Part shown: positions 19,578 to 29,482 of the stretch, in pieces
How the letters are laid out: the number at the start of each line of letters is the position of its first letter
Position numbering within the stretch: the stretch's first letter is position 1
Assembly (NCBI GenBank): GCA_965261595.1
Contig: CBDHDG010000007.1
Location: 64,001 to 128,000 of the forward strand
DNA length: 64,000 nt
Source of the DNA: a bacterium
Lineage (GTDB): Bacteria > UBA8248 > JACPRG01 > G963555815
Direction: 5' to 3'
Made by a program: the position numbers and the translations under genes
The notes under the pieces: model-generated
What the model saw: only the letters and a program-made list of their open reading frames with translations
The model's database searches: none
Told to the model about the DNA's origin: nothing

Positions 19578-20535
19578 CGTGATTATGCCTTTGACGCAGT
19601 AAGACACAAGATATAGGTGCGATTTTGAGACACTACATGTTGTGGTTATCCAACAGGAGGGGGTCACTTTTAGGGACCCGTGGAACCACATATCCTCCCA
19701 TTGATGATGGCTGGTGGCCCGACGTAAGAGCCCCGAATTTCGAGTGGGATGCGTTTCTTCGGCGGTTTCTTATTCCTTATCCCCATCAAGTAGAAACCCG
19801 CATAGAAGAGAAGATCAATAACCCTAGAGGCTGCTTCGGAGATGAACCATTCAAAAACGTCAAATCCTTCGCATTTTGCTTCCATTGCCCCAGTCCTCCT
19901 TCAAGGTTGGGTGGTGATGGAACCGCAGCGCCAGGGGCGGGATCCCCTGGCGCTGCACTTGTAAATCTTATTTTCCACTTATTTGCACGAGATGAACTCG
20001 CACAACGTCTCAAAAACCTTGAATTCCCCTTCAAAACGGAAAGTCGTAGAGCCAGGGATGCTCTTCAGGTATTGGAATCCTTTTGGATGCTCACTCACCA
20101 TGAAAATACGCCATTTCTCCTTTGCGTTTCGGTATCCAAGTTTATACAAAGCTACCAAATCGCGATCGTCCAACATGCGAAGTATGAGTTTTCTTCGTTC
20201 CAAATCCACATAAGCGGGGCTGTACACCGCACCTTTTCCGATAAAACAGGCCTTGTTGGATTCTCCAGCCATGACGGCGGAAGATGCGATGAGGGCAGTT
20301 GTAAGTATGCAACCGCCGATAGTACGCATGGGCAGACCCCCAGAAAATCGAGGTTGACACGGGCTTGGGGATTTGCTACAAGGAGGGTCTGTGAGGTCCT
20401 CTCTTGTAGCAACGCCCCGGGGTTCCCTCGGGGCTTCCACCCTTTGAAGTTCCATATACCACATGTAGTGGGTCGGATTCAATTTTCGAGGGACCACCAT
20501 ATCTTGTGTCTTACTGCGTCAAGGGCATAATCACG
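19578..20535. mobile_element. Non-autonomous IS1595-type cassette (958 bp, no transposase)
   Basis: ~37-bp IR CGTGATTATGCC(T/C)TTGACGCAGTAAGACACAAGATAT with one mismatch; 8-bp TSD AAAGGAAC at 19570-19577 and 20536-20543. Confidence 0.88.
19979..20329 (-). CDS. Putative secreted passenger protein (116 aa)
   Basis: Signal-like MRTIGGCILTTALIASSAVMA; lower GC. Confidence 0.55.
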   Translation of the reverse strand: MRTIGGCILTTALIASSAVMAGESNKACFIGKGAVYSPAYVDLERRKLILRMLDDRDLVALYKLGYRNAKEKWRIFMVSEHPKGFQYLKSIPGSTTFRFEGEFKVFETLCEFISCK

Positions 20536-20646
20536 AAAGGAACACGCAAGACATTTATGAGGCATTCGATGAGCCGGACTTAAAATCAGAAAATGAAAAG
20601 CGCCTTCACACGCGAAAACGGGGCGGCACGTTGCCGCCGGGCTTGG

Positions 20647-21684
20647 CTAATTCGCATCCACATCCACGCCCAGATCCCGCATGAACCGGCGGTAGTGCAC
20701 GGCCACGGCGTCCGGGGTTTTGAGATGGAGCTCTTCGGATAGATCCAGGGGCAATTCCCAGGGGCGCTGGTTGTTGACGATGGGCTCGTCCTGGTCGGCG
20801 ATGGAGTCCTTCGTCCTGATGTCTTCCGGGATCCCGCCGCCGTATTCCTGGTCCTCCATCCACATGTCGCTTTGGTCCATCCAGACCGGGCCGTGTTTCA
20901 CTTCCGGCGCATCCAAGTCGTAGTTTCGGGCAATCAGCATATACCGGGTGCTTTCGTTGATGGCGTGGGGAGTGACCGCATAGAAGAATACTTCCGAGTT
21001 GACGTTCTCCTCCGCATTCCACTGATAGATGGTGAAGGGACGGGTCAGCCGGTAGTTGGTGGGTTGGGGGATTGCTTGTACCCCATCAGGGGGTAACGAG
21101 AACAGCAGCGATTCGCCGTCTCGTTTGAACTCTCTTTCCGAGACCAGGGGATGGTTGCGCTCGCCCAAAATTCCCTCGTGTACCCAGGGGAAATGTCCGA
21201 AATCGACGAAGTTCTCCATGGAGCGGGCGGCGCTGCACTTCCAAAATTTCCTCTGCCGAAAGAAGAGTCGGTAGTTGGGGTCTTCGTACAGCGGGAATTC
21301 AGGGATGGTCGCGCGCGGTTTGTCCGATAGGCAAACCCAAACGATGCCGTAGGCCTCCTGGGCGGGATAGGCGGTCAGGCAGGCCTTCTTGGGGATGGGG
21401 TGCTCCGGGGGAATCGAGGGGATTCGGGTGCATTTGCCTTCGGCGTTATAGGCCCAGCCGTGGTAGGCGCAGACAAGATGCTCGCCCTCCACCCATCCCA
21501 GGGAAAGGGGCGTGCCGCGGTGAACGCAGAGGTCGCGGAACGCGCGAACCTCCCCGTTGATCCGACACACGACGACGCGTTCGTCCAGGAGCTTGACGGC
21601 CAGCGGCTTGTCGGTCGCTTCCTTTGACCAGCAGACCGGGTGCCAGTATTCGTGCAACGCGGGCCAGAGCTGGGACTCATCCAT
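20647..21684 (-). CDS. Rieske non-heme iron oxygenase alpha subunit (VanA/NdmA demethylase-like)
   Basis: CVHRG...CAYHGW; ENFVDFGHFPWVH iron-binding motif; C-terminal QDEPIV..QRP.ELPLD. Confidence 0.9.
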   Translation of the reverse strand: MDESQLWPALHEYWHPVCWSKEATDKPLAVKLLDERVVVCRINGEVRAFRDLCVHRGTPLSLGWVEGEHLVCAYHGWAYNAEGKCTRIPSIPPEHPIPKKACLTAYPAQEAYGIVWVCLSDKPRATIPEFPLYEDPNYRLFFRQRKFWKCSAARSMENFVDFGHFPWVHEGILGERNHPLVSEREFKRDGESLLFSLPPDGVQAIPQPTNYRLTRPFTIYQWNAEENVNSEVFFYAVTPHAINESTRYMLIARNYDLDAPEVKHGPVWMDQSDMWMEDQEYGGGIPEDIRTKDSIADQDEPIVNNQRPWELPLDLSEELHLKTPDAVAVHYRRFMRDLGVDVDAN

Positions 21685-21765
21685 CGGGATTTCTCCTGAA
21701 TGATCGGGGTCAGTTCTTGAGTGCGCACTCGGGAAAATTCGCGGGTCTCGTCGTACAGATTGTAC

Positions 21766-21900
21766 CCGGAATTTCCCATCTCAAATCCGGAAAGGCCTGT
21801 GCCTGACCATTCGTTGCCGTTTGACCCATTGGAGCCTTGTCTGGGGGACTTGTCAACACTATTTTGGCCTGAGGTATCCCCGGTTTCCTCGCGCCTTCTA
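21766..21900 (-). mobile_element. Orphan IS1380 right-end relic
   Basis: CCGGAATTTCCCATC IR plus an internal TTGACA-N17-TCCAAT on the minus strand, as in other IS1380 right ends here. Confidence 0.5.
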
Positions 21901-22071
21901 TCCCTACATGCCTCACCGTAATTCAGAGGCTCAAGAAACGGGAGATCACTGATGGCGGAATACTCGTTGACAATGCTCCAGGATTGGGTGAACATGAATG
22001 CATGCGATGGGTGTGTAACCGTCAAGATGGGTGAAGGGAAACGACCTTCATCTGAGCGAATGGAGGGAACG

Positions 22072-23073
22072 ATGAAGGGTCAAATACTTTGGAAACGGAT
22101 TTTGGGGAGCGTGGTCGCGAGCGCGGTGGTGACGGGTTTGCTGCTCGGCCCTGCGGCGGCGGCGGAAAAGCTCCGCATCGCCATCGGGTTTAACGGCTCC
22201 ATGAAGGACAAGGGCTGGTACGAGGGGGCCTACGATGCGGCGAAGCGGCTCAAGATGGACCCCGCCGTGGTTGAGGTCGCATACCAGGAGAACATCAAGA
22301 ACGCCGACATCGAAGGGGCCATGCGACGATGGGCGGTGGAGGGATATAACCTCATATTCGGGCACAGTTACGAGTTCGGAGAACCGGCGCGCAAACTGGC
22401 CAAGGAGTTTCCCAACACCATCTTCGCCATTCCCTTCTTTTTCAATACGAAAGGGTTTCCCAATGTGGTGAATTACGGGGCCCAGTCGTTGGACATCGTG
22501 TTTGCGGCGGGCTCGCTGGCGGCGTTGATGAGCAAGACAAAGAAGATTGGGGTCATCGGGGGGCATCCGGTTCCGCACAAGATTGCCGAACACAACGGCT
22601 ACAAGCTGGGGGCGCGGCATGTAGTGCCGGATATCAAGATCTCGAGTGTGTTCATCAACGATTGGTTTGACGCCTCTAAGGCGAAGGAGGCGGCGATCGC
22701 GATGATCGAGCAAGGTGTGGACGTGGTCTACGTGACCGCCAGTCCCATGGGCATCGGCGGGATCTATGGTGCACAAGAAAAGGGGGTGTACGCAATCGGG
22801 ACGTACATGGACTGGAGGTCTCTGGCGCCGGATAACGTGATCTCCAGTGTGGTGTACGTTTGGGACGTTCCAATGCAACAGATCCTCAAAGACATGAAGC
22901 GGGGTAAGGTTAGGAAGGAATACCTGCTGGGTGTAGCGGCCGGCGCAGCGATACTGGCGCCGTTCAGCAAGAAGGTTCCCCCCGAGGTGGTCGAGAAGGT
23001 CCGGGCGGTGGAGGAAGGCATCAAGGCCGGGAAGATCAAGGTGCCTTACTTGCCAAAGAAGGAGATCAGCTGA
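22072..23073 (+). CDS. BMP-family (PnrA/TmpC-like) substrate-binding protein
   Basis: Signal peptide; DKGWYEGAY, LIFGHSYEF, KIGVIGG, WFDASKAKEAAIAMIEQGVDVV. Confidence 0.88.
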   Translation: MKGQILWKRILGSVVASAVVTGLLLGPAAAAEKLRIAIGFNGSMKDKGWYEGAYDAAKRLKMDPAVVEVAYQENIKNADIEGAMRRWAVEGYNLIFGHSYEFGEPARKLAKEFPNTIFAIPFFFNTKGFPNVVNYGAQSLDIVFAAGSLAALMSKTKKIGVIGGHPVPHKIAEHNGYKLGARHVVPDIKISSVFINDWFDASKAKEAAIAMIEQGVDVVYVTASPMGIGGIYGAQEKGVYAIGTYMDWRSLAPDNVISSVVYVWDVPMQQILKDMKRGKVRKEYLLGVAAGAAILAPFSKKVPPEVVEKVRAVEEGIKAGKIKVPYLPKKEIS

Positions 23074-23195
23074 CGCGTTAGCGGGTTGCGGAAAAAAGAG
23101 TTTCAGGGGCGTGAAATGCCCCCAGGTGCCATTCCGATGGCAGAGATGAATTTCCAGCGGAGTGAGCCCGATTCACCCAACTGTTTCAAAACAAC

Positions 23196-23350
23196 CCGCG
23201 ATTTCCCAGATGAAAAGAGGTTAGCGAGCCTCCTGTATTCGTGTGACTTGACGGTGGCCCATCTTACCTGTGATTGAGGGTCTCTGTTGGCAGAATCATC
23301 TGCTCAATCAAGAGTTTACGGTCGTTGTCAAGCCGTAATCCCTTGCAAAC
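23196..23350 (-). mobile_element. Orphan IS1380 right-end relic (similar to 59225-59375)
   Basis: CCGCGATTTCCCAGATGA...AGGGTCTCT...TCTGCTCAATC...AATCCCTTG aligns with the right end of the IS1380 at 59225. Confidence 0.6.
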
Positions 23351-23843
23351 GAAGGTCTGCCGTCACGCTCATGGATGAGCGCCATCGCCCCTCCTGCCTC
23401 CCAATGATAATCAGTTAGTCATCCTTACTATCTATGCCGACACGCAAGAACACGATAATAGAGGCCCGTTTGTCCCCCGGTTCATATACCGTGATCCATG
23501 ATTGATTCGTCATACCTCTTGGGGGTCCCCGGGGGCCTCGACAGGGCGAATATTGGACCCTAGCTTGTCATTCAGTCAGGCGATGCTACCTAACAGATAA
23601 TAGGTAAGGATAGAACGGCCGAGCTTTGCCACCTCACAAGATTATCTCACAATAATAATAAATAACTATTGACAGATGATAAGAAGGTATTATCCCCGGT
23701 TGTGGGAGCCGTGGAAACCCTGCTGCAATTCAATCGACAATTCGAGAAAGCCCCCGTTCGGAAGGGGCACACGTCCACGGCTCCCAAGCTTGGACCGTTT
23801 CTTCCATATGGCCGGGGGCTTTTCTTTCCTGGGAGCCGTGGCA

Positions 23844-24670
23844 ATGCAGAAACTAGGACCGAAGGCACAAGCCGCAATTGATGAAGTGCTGTTTCGCTTT
23901 GAGCGGGGAGACCTGTCGCCGGTTACGGAGATTCTCCGTATTCGGCGCAAGGGCGGGGAGCGTCCGTCTAATTCCTGGACGTTTGCGAACCAAGTCCTCT
24001 CTTTCGTCACGCCCGGCTCATTGGACGCAAGGGGCATTCGTCAATGGAACGAAGCCGGGCGGAAGGTCCGGAAGGGAAGCAAGGCCGGGTTCATCCTGAT
24101 TCCCGTCACGCGGAAGATTCAAGAGGGAGATCCGCAAACCGGGGAGACTGTCGAACGGTCCCTTCCCATCGGTTTCAAGTCTTGCCCCATCTTCGGTATC
24201 GAATCGACAGAGGGCGAACCCGTCACTCTCCCGGACTACACTCCTGCCGAGTTATCGCCGTTGATGAACGTCGCCGAATCCTGGAATGTCTCCGTCATGT
24301 AGACCCCGGACCTTCCCTCTCGGTATCTCGGATGGTACAGGCACGGAGAGCGGGAAATTGCGCTTGCCACGGAAGATGAACGGCTGTTCTTCCATAAACT
24401 GGCGCATGGGGCGCACAGCCGGATCGAAGGTCCGAATCTGCGGAATAGGCAAGATCCCCGCCGTGAGGCTGTCGCCGAATTCAGCGCATGCGTCCTGATG
24501 GCCTTGTACGGCTTGCGGGGCACGACGGGCGAATCCTGGCAGTACATCAAGGAGCTACCACAAAGATCCGTTCAAGGCACTCTACAAGGTGTTGAACGAC
24601 TGCAAGGCGGTGATCGATGAAATCCTGATGGAAGGGAGACGGGCTGCAAGCCCAACAGCAAGCCGGTTGA
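23844..24670 (+). pseudogene. ardC: ArdC-family antirestriction/ssDNA-binding protein with an internal stop and frameshift
   Basis: DARGIRQWNEAGRKVRKGSKA and FGIESTEG; TAG at 24300-24302; degenerate metalloprotease region HKLAH...EAVAE. Confidence 0.7.
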
Positions 24671-24732
24671 GAGACAGCCCCGGACGGCTCCCCGTATGTC
24701 TGTGGGGAGCCGTCCTTACTGGAGACGGTTCA

Positions 24733-25596
24733 ATGGAAACGATTGGACTTTACCGCTCAGAACACGTCTGGATCGCCGACTTCGGGGAAGATGGGGTTTT
24801 CCCCCTTCCCTTCACCCGGAACACTTCCTCGTCTGTGGTCCCGGCGCACGTCATTGAGCGCAACCCGGACGCGGAGGTTTTCTGTGACTTCATCGGAGAA
24901 AGCGCGCAGCGGGCAACCTTCACCCGTTCAGATGTTTATCGACACGATTTCCGAAATGCCCTCGATGCAGAGCGAGAGGGGGGCCGCATGACAAGCCCAT
25001 TCATTCAGATCATCCGCAAGCCGGGCGGAATCAGCCCTTGTCGATCAAGCGCATCGTCGGACTGGATGGAATTGGGCCGCGAGTATCGCCGGGCCGGACA
25101 TCAGGGAGTGGTCTACGCGAACGGCGCGAACGGTCGAGCGGCTGATGAACTGCTGGCGGACCTGGACCCGGAGATTCAAGCGACCGTCCTGAACAATGCG
25201 GAAACGAATCACCCGCTCCTGGACGCACTCTCAAGAGAACTGAACCACCTACCAGACCGATACACAGGGACAGGGACCCGCTTCGACCTTGAGGCTGAGA
25301 ACGAGCGTCTACGGGAAGAAATTCAAGCCCTGGAAAGCCGCCTCACGCTCCTTGACCCGGACCCGGACGAAGCCCCCCGGATGGAAGAAATCTCGTCTGA
25401 GGCCATCCGTGACGCCAGAGCCGCCTTGAATCCCACCCAAGAGCAAGCCGCCCGACGCCTGGGTGTGGCCCCTCTCAGCTTGAGCCGATGGGAGAACGGG
25501 CGGACGAAACCAACGTCTCCGGCTCACGTCCGGGCATTGGTCGCCATGCTGAACGAAGCGCAGGCGGGCATGACTTCCGAAGCAACCCCGTTTTGA
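24733..25596 (+). CDS. Hypothetical protein with C-terminal XRE HTH (possibly fused remnants)
   Basis: IRDARAALNPTQEQAARRLGVAPLSLSRWENG. Confidence 0.6.
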   Translation: METIGLYRSEHVWIADFGEDGVFPLPFTRNTSSSVVPAHVIERNPDAEVFCDFIGESAQRATFTRSDVYRHDFRNALDAEREGGRMTSPFIQIIRKPGGISPCRSSASSDWMELGREYRRAGHQGVVYANGANGRAADELLADLDPEIQATVLNNAETNHPLLDALSRELNHLPDRYTGTGTRFDLEAENERLREEIQALESRLTLLDPDPDEAPRMEEISSEAIRDARAALNPTQEQAARRLGVAPLSLSRWENGRTKPTSPAHVRALVAMLNEAQAGMTSEATPF

Positions 25597-25793
25597 GGAA
25601 TGAACCATGAAGCGGAACGATCCTGAACATCCCGATCAACTTGAAAACCGGGGACAGATTCGGCTCATGGCGGACATGGGGCCGCGTCGGATTCCGAAGT
25701 GGAGAGAATCGAAGCCGGACAAGGGGGCCGATGACCTTCCCTTGTTCGCCCAAACCGATGATCGGCAAATCGAGATTCGGGGGAGAAATCACC

Positions 25794-26756
25794 ATGAACG
25801 AAACCGCCGTTTCCATTCTCAATCCGCCGTCCCCTCCGGTCCCGAGACCGGATGCAAACCGCCTCGTTGACGCCTTTTGGAGCGGGCGGAATGAACGGAC
25901 CCTTGCAGCGCACCGGGGAGACCTTGAGGACATCCGCTCCTTCACGGAAGCGGAAACCCTCGACGAAGCCGCGGGGCTTCTCCTGGGCCGGGGGCATGGC
26001 GAAGCGAACGGGCTTGCACTGGCCTACAAGTCAGCCCTGGTGGACCGGGGGCTTTCCCCCTCGTCCGTCAATCGACGCTTGGCCGCCTTGCGTTCACTCG
26101 TGAAACTGGCCCGGACCCTGGCCGCATGATTCCCTGGACGCTGGAATTTCGAACGTCAAGGCGCAACCTTACCGGGACACGCGGGGGCCTGGGCGCAATG
26201 GATTCGTTCTCACGCTGGAAGCGCTGGACAAGCGGGAGGGGAAAAAGGCCATCCGGGACCGGGCCATCATCCGGCTGCTGTATGACCTGGGCCTGCGCCG
26301 GGCGGAAGTGGTCTCCCTGGACGTTGAGGACGTGGACCTTGAGGGCGGGGCCGTCGCCGTCATGGGGGAAAAGGGCGGTCGGAGAAAATCCGGCTCGCGC
26401 TTCCGCCTGAGACACAGGCTGCGCTCAGGGATTGGCTCTCTGTGAGGGGTGATGAACCGGGACCGCTTTTCCTGAATTTCGACCGGGCCGGGAAAGGGCC
26501 TCTACAACACGGTTCGGCGGCTCGGGGCGGACCTCGGGATCAAGGTGTAGCCTCCTGGCCTCCGACACGCGGCCATTACCGAAGCCTTGACCTGACCGGC
26601 GGGGACATTCGGAGGGTGCAAAAGTTCTCCCGCCACAGGGATCTACAAACCCTCGTGGTCTATGATGACGCTCGGGTTGACATGGCCGGGGAAGTCGCAA
26701 AGATGGTGGCCGGGAACGGGGGGGACGCTGAGGAATCCTCACAAGGGTACGCTTGA
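25794..26756 (+). pseudogene. XerC-like tyrosine recombinase with multiple frameshifts
   Basis: SVNRRLAALRSL, RDRAIIRLLYDLGLRRAEV, GLRHAAIT and SRHRDLQTLVVYDD occur in different frames. Confidence 0.82.
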
Positions 26757-26881
26757 TTGGGACTTCAGATTATTGGTCTTACGACGGAAGTAGATATAGA
26801 CACCGCAAGGCCACAGTAGAAGATGGAGTTGACCCGGTTTGGTGGACACCTGATGATTTGGGGGTAAAGGAGGTGTTCACG

Positions 26882-27196
26882 ATGCCACAGACTCACCCAC
26901 GCTATCCAATGGAGTTCCGCTGCCAGATGGTAGAGTTGGTCCGGGCGGGACGCACGCCCGAGGCGCTGGCGCACGAGTTCGAGCCCTCGGCGCAGACGAT
27001 CCGCACCTGGGCCCATCAAGCCGACGTTGACGAGGGGCGTCGCAAAGACGGGCTCACGAGCGATGAGCGGGAGGAGTTGCGCCGACTTCGCCGCGAGAAC
27101 CGACAGCTCCGCCAGGAGCGGGAGATCTTAGCAAAAGCCGCGGCCTGGTTTGCTCGGGAGACCGATTCGATCCCGTCCGGATCTACGGGTTCGTGA
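26882..27196 (+). CDS. IS3-family transposase OrfA (element B)
   Basis: YPMEFRCQMVELVRAGR...LRRENRQLRQEREILAKAAAWFA. Confidence 0.85.
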   Translation: MPQTHPRYPMEFRCQMVELVRAGRTPEALAHEFEPSAQTIRTWAHQADVDEGRRKDGLTSDEREELRRLRRENRQLRQEREILAKAAAWFARETDSIPSGSTGS

Positions 27197-27955
27197 GGGC
27201 GAACCAGGCCATGTATCGGACCGCCACCATGTGCCGGGTGCTGGGCGTCTCCTCCAGCGGCTACTACGCGTGGCGCAGGCGCGCGCCGTGTGCCCGCTCG
27301 TGTGCCGATCGGGCGCTCACCAAACGCATTCAGGCGATCCACGAGCGTTCTCGGGGGACTTACGGCGTGCCGCGCGTCCATGCCGAGTTGGAGGCTGAGG
27401 GAGTGCGTGTGGGCCGCAAGCGCGTCGCCAGGCTGATGCGTGGGGCGGGACTTGCGGGCGTCAGTCGGCGCAAGGGAGCGCGCACGACGCAGCGCCGGCA
27501 GGAGGCGCGGCCGGCCCCTGATCTGGTGGACCGCAACTTCACGGCCGAGGCCCCCGACCGGCTGTGGGTGGCCGACATCACCTACGTTCCGACATGGGCG
27601 GGGTTTTTGTATCTGGCCGTGGCGCTCGATGCGTTCAGCCGGCGCATCGTGGGGTGGTCGATGGCCACACACCTGCGGGCCGAGTTGGTGCTCGACGCGC
27701 TCGACATGGCGCTGTATAAGCGCCGTCCCCGGGCCGTCATCCACCACTCCGACCAGGGCACGCAGTACACCTCGGTCGCCTTTGGGCAGCGCTGCCGGCA
27801 GGCGGGCGGGCGTCCCTCCATGGGTTCGGTCGGGGACTGCTACGACAACGCGCTGTGTGAGAGCTTTTTCGCCACGCTGGAGTGCGAGCTCCTCGCTCGC
27901 CACAGTTTCCGCACCCGGGCCGAGGCGCGCATGGAGGTGTTCGGGTTCATCGAGG
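27193..27955 (+). pseudogene. IS3-family transposase OrfB (element B), truncated
   Basis: WVADITY, HHSDQGTQY, CYDNALCESFF; cut after FGFIE. Confidence 0.85.
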
Positions 27956-28001
27956 TGGACCGCCCCTGGGTTATTGGACACTCGGGTGAGGGTATTCGAC
28001 C

Positions 28002-28910
28002 TCATGCGGCCTCCGCAACTTGAGCGAGTTTTTCCTGCCTTGCCTGGGCCGGCGTTCGGTAGCCGTAGCCCTCGAGAATCCAATGATGGTTGTACAGGTT
28101 CTTGAACTCAAGCAGCGCCCACCGCAGTTCCTCTACGGTGGCGAAAGAGCGCACCCACAGGAGATTCTCCTTCAAGATGCGGATAAACCACTCACAGTAG
28201 CCATTTCCCTCGGGCGCCCGCACGAAGCTGGGCGAACTGGTCATGCCCAGGTAGGCGATCTCCCGCTGAAAGTCATCGGACAGATAGGCGGGGCCGTGGT
28301 CGTGACGAACTTTAAGCCCCTCGGCGACGTCCGCCTCCAAGCCGGCGAAGCGCTCGGCGACCCCCTGCCGGATCGGCTCCAGGGCCTCGAAGCGGTTGCC
28401 GCTCTTGGCCGCATGGATCCCCACGCAGTCCACCGAGCAGTGATCCACCGCCACGAACACCGAGGCCATCCCCTCCTCGGTGGTCACCGTCGTCGTCATG
28501 TGCGTGCCCCACATTCGGTCGGGCCGCTCGGTGCGGATGGTCCCGTTGTGGGCCTTGGGACCTCGGGGTTTGCCCACCCGGTGGGGGGCCTGAAGCCCCG
28601 CCTCCCGCATCAGGCGACGCACCCGCTCCTTGCTGGTGCGGATGCCCGCGAAGCGCAGCCTCGCCCACACCTTGCGGTAGCCCTCGCCATGGAAGGGAGA
28701 GTCCTCCAGGACCTGCCGGATGTGGCCGAGGAGTTCCGCATCGGTGCACGGGCCCACAGGGCCGCGCTTATTGGGCGTGGGGCGTTCATGAACGGGGACC
28801 GCCTCTCGCCGCCGTTGCGCGTAGACCGTGGAGCGCGCCAAGCCCCAAAGGGCGCACACCCGCTTCAGGCCGTAGGCTCTGCCCGTGGAGGTGAAGCGGG
28901 CCTGACTCAT
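28002..28910 (-). CDS. IS3-family transposase OrfB (Asp to His)
   Basis: Same protein as copy 1. Confidence 0.87.
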   Translation of the reverse strand: MSQARFTSTGRAYGLKRVCALWGLARSTVYAQRRREAVPVHERPTPNKRGPVGPCTDAELLGHIRQVLEDSPFHGEGYRKVWARLRFAGIRTSKERVRRLMREAGLQAPHRVGKPRGPKAHNGTIRTERPDRMWGTHMTTTVTTEEGMASVFVAVDHCSVDCVGIHAAKSGNRFEALEPIRQGVAERFAGLEADVAEGLKVRHDHGPAYLSDDFQREIAYLGMTSSPSFVRAPEGNGYCEWFIRILKENLLWVRSFATVEELRWALLEFKNLYNHHWILEGYGYRTPAQARQEKLAQVAEAA

Positions 28911-29293
28911 CGCCTCCACCTCCTGCCGGCTAAAGGGCGGCCGGCCTCCAGGCGGTCGATCTTCTCCCGCAGGACCTCGCCCTCCATCGTGAGTTCGCCC
29001 ACCTTGGCCTTGAGCCGGGCGTTCTCCTCGGCCCGCTCATCCGCCGGGCGGGCTTTGAGCGCCGCCTCGCCCCCGCGAAGGAACGCCTCGCGCCAGGCGG
29101 AAAGCCGAGCCGCTGTCGTGCCCAACTCGCGGCAGAGCGTCTCCAGGCTCTCGCCCCGCAAAAGACGCAGGACCGCCTCCCGCTTGCGCTGGCAGGAGAA
29201 CCGACCCCGCTCACTGCGATGCCCTGGGGCCTTGGCTCCGTTCGCCCTGCGGGCGCCCTCCGCCAAAGCCCCCTCTTGCTTTTGTTCGTTCAT
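28907..29293 (-). CDS. IS3-family transposase OrfA
   Basis: Same as copy 1 apart from one D>A change. Confidence 0.87.
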   Translation of the reverse strand: MNEQKQEGALAEGARRANGAKAPGHRSERGRFSCQRKREAVLRLLRGESLETLCRELGTTAARLSAWREAFLRGGEAALKARPADERAEENARLKAKVGELTMEGEVLREKIDRLEAGRPLAGRRWRR

Positions 29294-29482
29294 CGCGACA
29301 CCCCTTTCTCCATGAATCATGGATCAATCGAGTGTCCAACAAAACCCTAGAGCGGGGGACCTGTTCGCTGCACATTTAGCGGTATGCCCAGATATACAGA
29401 GATACATTGGAGCGGCGGACAATCCCGCATGGTTATTGACAATTCCTTGACCTTGCTCGGATTCCGTATCCTCCATTCTCTT

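Larger units (their letters stand above)
26824..27955 (+). mobile_element. IS3-family element B, 3'-truncated by element A copy 2
   Basis: Left end TGGAGTTGACCCGG...GGACAC; right end absent. Confidence 0.8.
27956..29359 (-). mobile_element. IS3-family element A, copy 2 (1404 bp, no TSD)
   Basis: Near-identical to copy 1, inverted; flanks GAGG and CCTG differ. Confidence 0.92.

Noticed and set aside
19625..20530. 301-aa + strand ORF as the cassette transposase
   Set aside because: No DDE or Zn-ribbon motifs; it is antisense to a more plausible secreted ORF.
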